Assembly: GCA_965202585.1 (NCBI GenBank)
Contig: OZ241832.1
Coordinates: 62,806,001 to 62,870,000, forward strand
DNA: 64,000 nucleotides
Origin: Thalia democratica
Lineage: Eukaryota
Direction of reading: 5' to 3'
Position numbers and translations under genes: made by a program. Shown here piece by piece: positions 12,122-24,820 of the stretch (position 1 is its first letter; each line of letters starts with the position of its first letter). The notes below the pieces were generated by a model. The model saw only the letters and a list, made by a program, of their open reading frames with translations. It was not told the DNA's origin and did not search any database.

Positions 12122-15100
12122 TACTTTATATATTCATGCTTGATTGTCACACCCTCAGGATAACTAAAGTTAGTTAGAGAATTTTGGAAATCTTAAAAAG
12201 ATTTAATATTTTCAAGATAATTTAGACCAGTTGAAAATGAATAAACACTCATAACTACAAAGGCAAGTTTGGCTTATTTGCATAAAAAATCAGCATAATT
12301 TGAAAATTTTTTTAGAAAATTTCAGCTTGTGATTTTTAGATCTTAACTGGATTTTTTTTTATAATTTCAATAGTGTCATATATTATTGCCAATTTTGTTA
12401 AAAATCTTCTTTAGAACTATGTTATAATTAAAAACTAATGAATTTGAAAATTCTTAAAAACATTGTATCAGGAAAATTTAAAGTCTATTGAAGATAGTAT
12501 TTTTGGGTAGCTTTTTTTAATTTCGCGAGCGTACAAAATTGCACGAGGGGATAAAATTGTACAAAGGTTAAACTGCAGGAAGATAATTTTGCACGATAAT
12601 TTTCACATATTAATTATACTTTCTATAAAAAGTTGTTAATTCATTTGAGTTTAACTTGAACTACTAACTAGGAATCTTAATTTTTATTTTGTGTAAATTT
12701 TAAAGGCTTAAATTTAAATAATTTTATTAGAAGGTTTATAACATGAGAACTCAAAATTTTTTTTTAAACATTCTAGACATTGACTAAAAAACATTTTCAT
12801 GTTTTTAGTATAATTCTGTGTGACTTTGAAATAAAATTAAAACTTAATTATCTTGTGAAAATTAAAATTAACTTTCAGTTACACATTTTTAACTACAACA
12901 AAAAAATTTTTGTTGCTGAATTATTCCAATTTTTTATATTTTTTCAGTTTTAAAATTTTATTTGAAAAAAAAAGTTGTTAATTAAAACCTTGTTTAACTA
13001 TTTATTCTTAAATTCAGTAAATAATTGGGTTAAAGAGGATAGTTTGAGATTTAAATTTAAACTCTGAATAGTATTGATTTTTTTTAATAGTAAGGTAAAT
13101 TAAGGAACTTTTTTAAAATTTATCGCTAGTTTTGTGAAATTTAAACCGTTTTTGACTTTAAATTTTTTTTAATAACATGTCTAATGTTAAATCTATGATA
13201 TTTCAGGTGTTCAAAATTTATTAATATGGTCTTTTTTCAGTGTTTTGCTCTTACTACTTTTTGGTATTAGATAAAAAGATCTTTATTCTCAGAAAGTATC
13301 ATTCCTGTTTATAGTACAATATAAAATTGTTGTATCGCAAAGTATGTATTGCAATTTAAGTTTTATTATTTCCAATTTGCTTATAGTACAGCTTTTACTT
13401 ACTTAAACTAACATTTTAATTATACTGGGCCAAAATTTAAAATTATTTGAAATTAATAACAATCTTTAGTTAATTACAGTAAGGTATTCAATTTTATTGC
13501 ATAATATCCATTTAAAGTTATTGTAAAGTTTAAATGTGCTCATTTGAATTCCTTAGAGGAAAACTATAAAGAGTAATTAGAGCTAAAGTTCAGATCAATT
13601 TTTATACTGCTAAATATATCATTTTTAATTAGAAAAAAAGTAGGTTAAGACATTTAATTTTGAAATAATAGTTTGTCTTTCATTCAGACTACTCAGGATA
13701 ACTTTTAGACTAGTTTAGATTTTTTAAAACTTGTACAATGTATGATGACCTTTTTTGAAGACTTATATTGATAAATATATTAAATATTTAAACAAAAATA
13801 TAGACTTTTTTTTATGTTTTTCTAAATCTTTTGCAACTTTGAACCTTAAAACACTTTTATTTATTAAGTCATTTTAATCTTTTAAGTTTTAATGATTTAC
13901 ATTTTAGCTATATTATTTTTTTATTTGTAGCTAACGTTTCATTTTAAATTTTGGATTACTTAATGAATCTCAGACTGGCTCTTTCATTTTTAATAGAGAC
14001 AAGTCTATCACAAAAGCCTATCTAAAAATATATATCAGGTTTTCCACACAGAATATTTTAATGCGGGCTGACTAGGGATAGTTTTGGATTTTTATCACTA
14101 TTTTAAAAATGTATTTTGTTGTTTGTACTAATATAATCTACATAGTTGAAAGCTGTCTCATTTAAACGATATAGTAACATATTTTTTAAGTATGACTAAC
14201 CTTTTTTAATAAATATATAAATTTTTTGTTTGAGTCTTTTAAAATTTGTTCATGTAATGAGTTTTTTATGGATAAATTGTTATATTACTTATTTTGGAAA
14301 GCTAGCGATTAAAATACAAAAAGATTACTGCTTAATACTAGTACAGTACTTACTTTACTTGTATATGATAATTGTGTATAAGAAATATTCTTATACCTCA
14401 ATATTTTTGATTTCATATTTAAGCAGAGTAGTTTGTTACACTTCTAAGCTTTTGTATAAAAAAATCCAAAATTTTGTGAATTAATATTTACAAAATGATT
14501 ATTTTTATATAAAATGATTATAATCTAATTTACAAACTATTGTATTTTGTTTTCGTCTCCGATAATTCTTGTAATTTTAAATTGAACTAAATTTTTTGAA
14601 CTAAATGTTAAATAATTACATTTTACCATTTAGTGTGTTAAAAAAATTCTTTAGTTAGCAGGAAAATGTACTGGAGTTTTATTTTTTCCAACAATTTAAA
14701 AACTTCTATGCCGGTCATACACTTATTAATAACTTGTCTATAAAGTTAAAAAACAACTTTAAAATAAGATTAGTAAGAAGAATTCGTAATGGTAATAATA
14801 AACAATGTTGTTTCGTTACTTAAAAATTTAAAACAATCTTTAATAAAATTTTCAATTTGTAGGATAGTTTAAGTTTTTTTTGTAGTTTTCTGTACAATTC
14901 AAGTTATTAAAATTAAACATAAATTATAAATTTAGTTTATATTGTGCGTAGATATTTTCAATTTTTTTATATTATTATCTAATTTCAAAGAATATTATAT
15001 CACAACACAAACTTCACATATCATATTCAGGATAACTCATGATATTATAAACTTTTTCAAAAACCAGGAGTCAGGACTCAAGACACTCAAAAGTTTAAAG

Positions 15101-17796
15101 ATATTTTGAAATATTTCAAAAAATCAGGAATAATTAAGATAAGTAGGAATATTTTGATTGTTGTTTTAAAATCTGGTTGACGCAAAATAGTTTTGATTTT
15201 TATTTTAAACAGACTAATATCACTTTTTCTGATCATTCCAGTTTTTTCTACTAATTAAAGAGATTTGATAGATTGAGTTTTGATGTTGTTAATTTATAAG
15301 TATTTTTGTTAAAAGTTTTGAAATTTGTTTATTTTTTTTATAAGCATTAAAAATACTTATGATGACTCAGGACAGTTTTGGTGACTCTGCACAGTTTTTT
15401 GAATAAAAAAAAAGCAAGCTTTGTAATCGCATACCAGTTACAATCGGTTCCATTTAGATGTTTAGTTCCAATAGTTTAGTTAACACAAATATAAAATATT
15501 GAAATATCAGTCAACCGAAAAGAAATTTTACATTTCTTGCATAAATCTAAAGAAAACAGCCACAATGTGAGTGCAGGTGATATTTTAATATAACCTTCAA
15601 TATGTTGTTACAAAATTGGACTTGAAATTATTATTTTCATTGTTTACTTTAGAGCTTTTTTTATAATTTTTATACTGTAAAATTAATTTTTGATTTCCAA
15701 GTATGTAGTTAACTTTCTTTTTTTAAAGTATATTCCAGAATCATTTAATTTTAAGTTATGTTAAAAAAAATTATTATTATTAATATTAATTTAGTTACAG
15801 TATAACTCCACACCTTGAACATTATCAGTAATAATCTAGGGATTAAAATTAATTAGTTTTTTAAGTTATAGGTAGTTTAAAAATAAACTGGTATCTGTAT
15901 AATTTAAAGTAGTTAGTAACCAATGCATTTTTAATTCTGATATTATCTAGTTAGACAATACAGTAAATTATGAAAATAATTTGTTCAAGTATACCATCCT
16001 TTATCTTTAAGACTGTATTTATAATTTTTTTGTTTCATATTTTGTTATAATGTAATTTTAAATTATAGTGCTATTTATTTGACAGAGTATTTAGAGAGTT
16101 TTTACCATTTAACCTTTAATTAAAATTAAAAAAAAAAAACTTTTGATTACTATCTGCCCTTTTTAAAGCCTTTTGGTTTTAACCAATATTATTTAAAATC
16201 AGGCAACAAGTGGTCGTATTGAAAAAATTCAAAAAGAATATCATTGAGTAATTTACAGAGGGTATGACACAATTCAATTTTGAAGTCAACAAAAGTAATA
16301 GACATTAATTAAGTCAAAGTAAAACACCAAGATATAAAGACACAGTTTAAGTCCTAATAAGTCACAAATGTTATTGACACAGTATAAGCCCTTAAGATTC
16401 AGAAAATTGGTGACAAAGTTTAAGTCAAGTGAATTACAAAGGATATAATAAAGTTGTAAGTTTAAATAAGTCAAAACAGAAGTAGCAAATAGGTTTCCCC
16501 CAAGTTCGAAGGAGAATTGACAAAATTTGATCTTCTGCAAATTTGTATTTTTACATCAAGCAGCAATAGTGTAATTGTAGTGATATTCTAGTCAAGACCT
16601 TACAGATGTAGGTCTAGAACTAGACTTAACTATTATTTATATTAATTGTAAAGTTTAGTCTTTAACAGCATATAATATGTTTAATTAATTTTTTGATTTG
16701 ATATTTAAGTAGTTTACTGTGAATTCTTTTAGTATATTTCTGTTCGAAATAATTGTGTCTAAGTTTTGGTCACATTTAAAGTAATTTGAGAAGAATATTC
16801 TACCTGATATTTTTTTTGTTTAATAAATTTTCTTTATAACCAAAAGTCATGCATAGCTTATATATGAAATACAGAATACTTTTAAATATCATTTAGTTCT
16901 TATATAAGTTTTAATTAAAACCTTGATTTAGTGTTAGTCACACTATAACCCCACAACCTGAATAATATCAGTAATAGACTAGACATTAAAAGGTGTTTTG
17001 TTATTTAGTTATATGGTATTTTAAAATTCAACTAGTAGAAATGTATTATAGAAAAGTTAATAACTAATGCTTTTATAATTCTAATATCATAGAACTAGAA
17101 AAGACAATAAATTACCAAAATAATTATTCCTAGTATATTCCCTTAATTGTTCAAGTATTTATCAAACTTTTACCTCATATTTTTGTAACTATGTCATTTT
17201 TATTCCTTAGTGTATTTTATTAAGAAGAAGACTTAAAGAAATTTTTATTACTGAAGTTTAAACTCAAATTTTAAGAACATCACTAAAATTCATGGCCGCT
17301 CTTTTCAAAGCCTTAATTAAAAAGACATGGTGATTAAAAATATCAGGCTATAAAGACTTATATTACTAAGAATTCCATTGGGAGTATTGAAAAGTAAACC
17401 ACAAAGGGTATGGACACATCTTAAGTGTTTTAGTCACATATATTAAGTGACAAAATTTAGGTTAATGTAAAGAACTGGTGAATAGTTTTATTTGAAGTAG
17501 ATTTTAAATTAGTAAATTATTTTTTTTTTCATTTCATGGGTTTGGTTAATTATTAATTTAGCAAGAAAATATACCGCAATTCCCTTATGCTAACATGTTT
17601 AAAATTTATCAGTGGGTCATATAACCATTAACAATTTGACTAAACAAAAATAAAATTAAACTAATAAGGATATTTTAATGAAAATTTTTTAAAAGTAATA
17701 ATTAATAACATTTTGTTTTACTTAAAACTAATAAAAAACGTTTTATTTTTATCTTGAGTTTTTTTTTTGAATTTAGGTGACTCGGCAAATTATTAT

Positions 17797-19553
17797 TAGT
17801 GATGTACCGGACCTACAATTTTGGGTCCGGCCGAACCCGGATCCGGACTTTTTTTTCAAGTTAGAATCCGGCCGGAACCGGACCCGGACTTTTTTTAACA
17901 TATTAGAATCCGGCCGGAACCGGATCCGGACTTTTTTTTCAAATTAGAACCCGGCCGGATCTGGATCCGGACTTTTTTTTTCAAATTAGAATCCGGCCGG
18001 ATCTGGATATCAGACAAAAATGGTAATATCCGACCGGACCCGGATAGTGAGTCCGCTACATCATTAGTATAAACTAGCCTGAGTCAGAATGAGGTTTTTA
18101 TAAAATTAAAAAATAAAAAGAACTTTAATATAATAATAAGTAGAACAGCTAGCCACAAGGTTTACAAATTTAGGTGTTATTTACACTTAAAAATATGAAA
18201 TTAAGTTCTTAAACAAAATACACTAGAAAATTACCAAATATTGAAAACTAGATCAGCTCAAACTCATTCAAAATTTAAAAGAAAACTAGCCTGAGTTTTT
18301 GTAAAAAACTAAACTAGCCTGAGGCAGTCCAAGATTTTCTAAAATTCCCAAAAATTTTCAAACTAGCAGGGTTGCCACCGTTTAAGTCAATAAAACTAGC
18401 CAGAAAGAGTCTAAAATAGCCTGAGTCAGAATGAGGTTTTTAAAAACTGAAAAAAAATACTTTAATCTAATAATCAGTAGAACAGCTAGCAAAGGTTGAC
18501 AATTTGGTAGTAAAGTTGTGGACTGATTGTGGTACACTTAACTTATTAGTACTACCAATCATAATTAAATCCTACCTTATTTAATTAATATCTAACAAAT
18601 ACTATATCCTAACTGAGAATACTTTCTATAATCAGACACGACAGTTTTGAGTGATGAATCTTATATATAAAACACAACAAGAAATACCAGCATATACAAA
18701 ATTATTAATTACTTTGGTAACACTTTAAAAACTGGAAGCTATTTAAATCTATATCAAATGACTTAAAACAATAAACTAAAAATTAAATAAAACTTTTAGT
18801 AAACAAGAAACTGTAAAATTTTTAATAAACTATTAAACTATAAACCTGGCTTGAATATTTATACAATTAAACACTAGTTGAAATATTCACTTTTAAAACA
18901 AAACACTACTTACAATAAGCATTTACAAAAAAGTTCAAGATATTTTGTTGCTTCAAGCTGCCCACCAAACTAACTAACTGCTTACATATAAACTGCCTGT
19001 CATGTTCTGATGTTTTGTTGCATCAGTATTTAGTTTTAAACATTTCATCATATGATTCTCATTGACTCGTACATTCAACCATATTAACTCTAAATATTCT
19101 CTGAGCTCAACTTTTAACAATAAATAATGCAAGTATTCATTCCAAAGTTTTCAATTTTACAACATATGTAAAGAGTTGCATTTCATGAAATGTTTAATTC
19201 ATAGTTTAAATGTAAACAAATGTGAATCAGTCACGTGTACAAAATGAGCCAATCACGGTAGGTGTTTAATTTTAACTGACGAAAATGACTCTTATTAATT
19301 TACACAGGGTTTGTTTTTGAAAAAATACTTTTCAGTATGCTCTTTTTTACTAACTAAATCCGGGTCCGGACTTTTTTTTTCAAATAAAGATCCGGCCGGA
19401 ACCGGATCCGGACTTTTTTTTCAAATTAGAATCCGGCCGGAACCGGATCCGGACTATTTTTTCAAATTAGAGTCCGGCCGGATCCGGATATCAGACAAAA
19501 ATGGCAATATCCGGCCGGACCCGGACCCGGATAGTGAGTCCGGTACATCACTA
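17797..19553. mobile_element. 1757-bp composite non-autonomous hAT-like element with 8-bp TSD
   Basis: TIRs TAGTGATGTACCGGAC / GTCCGGTACATCACTA (16-bp perfect). TSD ATTATTAT at 17789-17796 and 19554-19561. ~40-bp CCGGATCCGG subterminal repeats at both ends, and an internal decayed right TIR at 18051-18066. Confidence 0.85.
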
Positions 19554-20439
19554 ATTATTATTGACTTAAAAAACAGCAACCCTTTTAATGGAGTACAAGT
19601 TACACTGCTGTTTCATTTAGTTGAATATAAAATATTACAAAATCAGTCAACCAGATAGAAAGTTTATATTTTTGAATATAGCAGTATAAACCAGCCACAG
19701 TGTGAGTGCAGGCAATATTTTAACATAAGCTTCAGGATATGACTCCGAAATTGAAATTAGTTATTATTTACATTGTTTATTTTAAGCTTTTTTAAAATAA
19801 TGTTTTTTACTGTATAATATTTTTTTTTATTTGATCTCCAAGTAGTTAATTGTACATTTTTAAAGTATACTCCTGTTAGATTCAATTTAGTGTAATAGTT
19901 TCAATAGACTTTATATAATTTTTAGTATTTGATATGTCCTTGATATAAAATATAACCACGAAAAGTCATGTAGTTTTATAACAAGTATAGAATTCTTTTA
20001 AGTATCAATTTGTTCTAATTATGTCTATTATTTATGGTTTTTAGTACTAACTTAGTTACACTATAACCCAACAACCTGAATAACATAAGTAATAGACTAA
20101 GCATTAAAATATATAGTTTTTAAGTATTTTAAAAATAAACTTGTATCAATATAATATAAATTTGTCAGTAACCAATACTTTTATAATTCTAATATGATCA
20201 AGTTAGACAAGACAGTATACTATCAATATAGTTTGTTCAGTATATCATCTTGAATTTTATGTGAGTATTTATAAAAATTTCATCTCACATTTTTGTACCT
20301 TGTCATTTTTATTTTATAGTGCATTTTATTTGATGGAAGATTTAGAGAATTTTCCCATATAATCTTCAATTTAAATTTACAAACAATACTCAAGTTTACT
20401 ATCTGCCCTTTTTAAAGCCTTTAAGGTTTAACCAATACT

Positions 20440-20836
20440 CAGGATTACCACTTTACCTGGAAATGTCTAAAAATTTATAATTTGACATTTTAGGCAAAAA
20501 ATAACTGGAAAAACCTGGAATTTGAGATAACTTGAAAAAAAAATATGGAAAACCTGGAATGTTAAAATTTTTACATGTTCAGTAGTAAAACTATGATTTG
20601 GCTCAAAAAATATTTTATTTAAATTAGAAATTTTTGTCATCATAAAAATGTTTTTTTAAACATGTTTAGAATATCTTTACAATATTTTTTCAATGTTTTT
20701 ATTTTACTTTTTAACACAGTTTCTTAACTTAAACTTCACTATAAACCAAAAATATACTCAGAAATGTGTACTTTTAAAACCCTGAAGAAATTTAGAAAAT
20801 CTGGAAAAAATTTAGAAAATTCCAGTGGCAACAAAG
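20440..20836. mobile_element. Independent, inverted copy of the ~390-bp AGGGTTGCCAC MITE
   Basis: CAGGATTACCACTTTACCTGG ... GTGGCAACAAAG. The interior is the reverse complement of the array copies and it sits at a different site in the unit. Confidence 0.65.
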
Positions 20837-22467
20837 AATACTAGAAATTTATAGCGGATTAAAAAAATCAGGCAACAAATTTTCTTTTTGAAACATTTCC
20901 AAAAGGGCTTTAATTAAATTACAGAAGGTATTGACACAATTTAAGTTTTGAAGTCAACAAAAGTAAGTGACATTATATAAGTCAAAGTAAAACACAAAGG
21001 TATAAAGACACATTTTAAATCTTTTGTCACAGAAAGTTAGTGGCAATGTTTGAGCCAAAGTAAGCCACAAATGTTATTGACACAGTTTAAGCCCTTAAAG
21101 TACAGAAAGTTGGTGACGAAGACTAAGTCAAATATATTATAAATGTAAAAGTAAAATTATGAGTTCAAATAAGTCACAATAGAAGTAGCAAAATATATTT
21201 CCCGCAAATTTTCAATAAAACTGACAAAATTGAATACACAAAAGTCACAATAGATCTGACAAAATTAAGTATACAAAGTCATTATAATGATGACAAAATG
21301 TTAGTCCAAATTAGTCACAAAAAGTTGAGACAAAGTTTATGTCCCTGTTATTCATAAAAAAGTTCATTAAAGGCTATTAACTCTTCATAGCATAATATAA
21401 AAAGACTATATTTGGTATTAACTGAGACAGAAAAGATCAGTAATAGACTGAAATATTTAGGAATTTGTATCAAAGGCGTTTGCATAGGCAGCATGTTAAT
21501 ACAGTAATTTTTTAACTTGGAAATTTAATAATCCCCTTTAGTGTTGATAATATTATTTAAACTAATTATTAAAAATCATTGCAATATACATATTTTCAAA
21601 TAGTTTATAGAGAATTTTCAGATTTAATGTTGATTTAAATTTAGTTCCATTTAGTTTAATATGAAATATTATATAATCACTAGAAAGCAAGTTGATCTTA
21701 AGCAAATTATATTTTACATCAACCAGCCATAGTGTAATTGCAGTGATATTCTAGTCAAGACCTTACAGATGTAGATCTAGAATTAGAATTATTATTTATA
21801 TTAATTGTAAATTTAAATTTTTAATAGTGTGTAACACTGTATAATTAATTTTTTGATTTGAATTTCAAGTTGCTAATTATACATTGAAGTTGTTTTAACA
21901 ATAAATTTTTAAAGAGGTTCACAATTAAGGAGCCTTTATACAATTATGACAATAATTAAATTGTTAAAAAGTTTAAAAGCTAATTATACATTCATAATGT
22001 ACATTTATGTTAGATTTAATTTTTGTTTATAAGTTTTGACCACATTTAGAGTATTTTAAAAAGTATGATGTTCTTTATTGACTTTTTAGTATTTGATATG
22101 TTGTTTGATATGAAATATAACCACTAAAATTTATACATAGTTTTATAGTTAGTATAGAATACTTTAAAGTATCATTTAGTTTCAACTTTAGTAAAAACTA
22201 ATTATGGATTTTAGTGTTATTTTAGTTATACTTTACCCCAACACACTGAAAATTATCAGTAATAGACTAGACATTTAAAATATTTTTTTTTTGGTTTTAA
22301 AGTATTTAAAAAACAAACTGATATTAATATATTGCAAGTAGTTAGTAGCAAATGCTTTTAAAACTTAAGCATTTATGTTTTTCGGAAATTAATTTAAATA
22401 ATTAAAAATGTTTAATTACGTTTAAAACAGTTGTAGAAATATAGTGTACAACAAAAATTTTAAAGTC

Positions 22468-22651
22468 ATGTCTGCTAAAATTAGTTCAAGCGGAAGTGAT
22501 GTGAAGAATAATAAAGCTTGCAAAATCGAAAAAAATTTGAAAATTGTTGATGATGATAAACACAAAAGTTTTCTGAAATTTTGCAAACAAATTTCTGAAG
22601 TATATTTTCAAAGAAAAAATTTGCAAATTTTTGATGGCTCTAATAAGTTAG
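22468..22651 (+). CDS. Kelch-like paralogue 2, exon 1 (61 codons + 1 nt)
   Basis: ATG 22468, MSAKISSSGS...SFLKFCK...SNKL, donor G|GTAAGTC at 22652. Confidence 0.9.
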
Positions 22652-22954
22652 GTAAGTCAATATTTAAAAAAAAAATTAACAATATTTTTATTGGACATAG
22701 TGTTCTACATGCAAATTAGAAGAAAATATAATTGTGTTTATTTAAGTTTCAAATATAATTTATGTAAGTTTTTTAAGAAAATTGTGTTAGATATTTAAAA
22801 TATTTCGAACACTTTTTTTGAATGCTTAAATATATACAAAACTGTTCGATAGTAAAAAAGTAAGTTGTATATTTAAACCTCTTAAGATGATACTACATTT
22901 TTTTATAAATTTATAATTAAAAAAATTTTCAAGTAAAAATAAACTAAAAATTTC

Positions 22955-22972
22955 TATATATATATATATATA
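22955..22972. repeat. (TA)9 microsatellite in the gene 2 intron
   Basis: Directly visible. Confidence 0.9.
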
Positions 22973-23402
22973 TTATTTAACGCATAGAAAACTTGTAGTT
23001 TAGTCAGTAAGTACTGTAATAAGGTTTGTTTTACTTAAGTTTAAAAAAAGAATATATAATGTTAATAATTAGACTGGTTAGTATTTGTAAGAAACGACTT
23101 TTATTGCGAAGATGTCTCATATATGATTTTGATGTTTTGTAGAAGTATTATAACCTAAATTTTTACATTAAATACTTTAAAAAGCAAATAACAATTGCAA
23201 TGTACCATAACACAACTTTAAGATTTTATAAAATTTAAAACGGATAACAATAAAAACAGACAAATTAAAAAAAACTTTAATTATAGATTTAAAAAAACCT
23301 TTGTATTAGATTACATAAGTTATAGAACATAACAAATACTAGTATTAAACATCAGCAACTAAGTATAATACTACTGTTATAAATTAAGTTATGATATTTC
23401 AG

Positions 23403-24820
23403 ATGTAATGAATCGAGAACGTTGTGAAATAATTTCAGCTATCAAATTGACTAAACATTCATTAAATGAACGATTGATAAGTAAAGCATTTGAAAACTTC
23501 AACGAAAAGCTACAAATTCAAAATGCAGTACTGTTTTATCAGCTAGCTTCAAAATTCAACCTGTCAGATAGTAAAATTACAAGTTTTAGATATATAGAAC
23601 GTTGTTTTAGTATGATAGTTGAAACAAAAAGCTTTCTAGAGTTAGATTTTAATATTGTCTGTAAAATACTTGAAAGTTCTGGCTTACAAATCGGTTCTGA
23701 AGTTGAAATTTACAATGCAGCAAATAAGTGGTTGCATTACAACATAGAAGAACGTAGCAAGTTTGCAAAACGATTGTTACTGAAAGTTCGTCTTAACTTT
23801 TTATCAGACCACTGTTTAAAATATCTCATAAATTTGTCTTCTTGTATTTCTAATAATACAGATTGTCTTGAAGTGTTGAAAAACAGAGATATTTTTCATA
23901 AGAATGTGTCTACTATTCACAATAAAAGTAGACAATGCAACCAAAACATGTTTAATATTCTTATTTGTGGAGGTTTTGATAAAAAGAAAGAAAAAGCTAT
24001 AAATCAAGTAAAAGTATTAGACGTGAACAATTTTAAGGAACTCAAGGATTATCCTCCAATGTTAGAAGAACGATATTATTTAAAATTAGTATATCTTAAA
24101 GGAGAAATATATGTTTTTGGTGGATTTATTAAAGAAGGTCCTATCAAATCAGTTGAAAAGTTTTCACCTGTAACTAATACATGGATTAAAGTAACTGATA
24201 TACCTGATGAACGTCAAAACTTTTGTGCTTGTGCATTCATGGATAAAATATATCTTTTCGGAGGGAATAGTCGTACATCCGGTTTTGCTAATTCTTGTCT
24301 CCAATTAACTACCCTAAAATTAAAATGGAAAGAAGTTGCAAAAATGAACGAAGTAAGATCACGTGCAGCTTGTGCAATATATAAAGAAAATATTGTTGTT
24401 TCAGGTGGAAATAACTATGTTAATGGATACACTTCAAACACCGTAGCATCATATAATGTTTTTGCTGATACTTGGACACCAATGCCAAGCATGGTTGAAA
24501 AAAGAAGTGAACATAGTTTGGTTCGTTTTGAAAGCAAATTGTTTGCAATAGGTGGTGCAGATTTATATTTGAGTTGTGAAGTTTTCGATAAAACTAGCAA
24601 TATGTTTGTAACATTTGAGACACCTGAATTTTATTCATATAATGTTACAGCTAATTTAGTTAGGAGTAAAATATTTGTTCTTCAATGTTGTAATATGTTT
24701 AAAAAATGTCCCAAAGTTGTATTATGTTATGATGTTAATAAAGATGAATGGACAAAAGAATCATGTAAAGCTACTGAAAATATTATAGAATGTTCATCTG
24801 TTAAAATGCCTTTATATTAA
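23403..24820 (+). CDS. Kelch-like paralogue 2, exon 2; intact join(22468..22651,23403..24820) = 533 aa half-BTB/BACK/Kelch protein
   Basis: Acceptor ATATTTCAG| 23401-23402; G+AT=Asp, GTA, then in frame with the 470-aa ORF; total 1602 nt. Five GG motifs (ICGG, VFGG, LFGG, VSGG, AIGG) plus a sixth GG-less blade. Confidence 0.92.

Larger units (their letters stand above)
5600..12130 (-). repeat. Degenerate tandem array of a ~1.2-1.5 kb unit (about 5 copies), oriented towards gene 1
   Basis: Core GTCT(A/G)ATTCT.GAACT.CA.CT.AAAGGT recurs at 6065, 7302, 8741, 9333 and 10823 (spacings 1237, 1439, 592, 1490). CAATACCCTCTG.GGTTTACTTTT recurs near 6515, 8043 and 10071. Confidence 0.9.
15440..22350 (+). 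repeat. Degenerate array of the same unit in the opposite orientation, running into gene 2 exon 1
   Basis: Reverse-complement core (CCATTTAG...AGTCAACC.GAAAG...CCAGCCAC...GATATTCTAGTCAAGACCTT.CAGATGTAG) wholly or partly near 15450, 16545, 19600 and 21645. Confidence 0.85.

Noticed and set aside
12520-12610. AAAATTGCACGA-type short repeats
   Set aside because: Only 2-3 degenerate copies with no ends; cannot be classified.
8122-16540. Short ORFs at 8122, 9686, 10346, 14230 and 16286
   Set aside because: F/I/L/K-rich frames within decayed repeat units; not conserved as ORFs across unit copies.
17820-18010. ~40-bp regularly spaced repeats resembling a CRISPR array
   Set aside because: The repeats are contiguous with no unique spacers, there are no cas genes, the context is eukaryotic, and they lie inside TIRs.
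19311-19658. 115-aa ORF with PEPDPD/PDPDP repeats
   Set aside because: It is a translation of the CCGGATCCGG subterminal repeats of the hAT-like element; no domain or codon signal.
24200-24215. CTGATGA in CCTGATGAACG (also in the other four paralogues)
   Set aside because: Encodes the Pro-Asp-Glu-Arg of the Kelch repeat; no stem II or GAAA follows.
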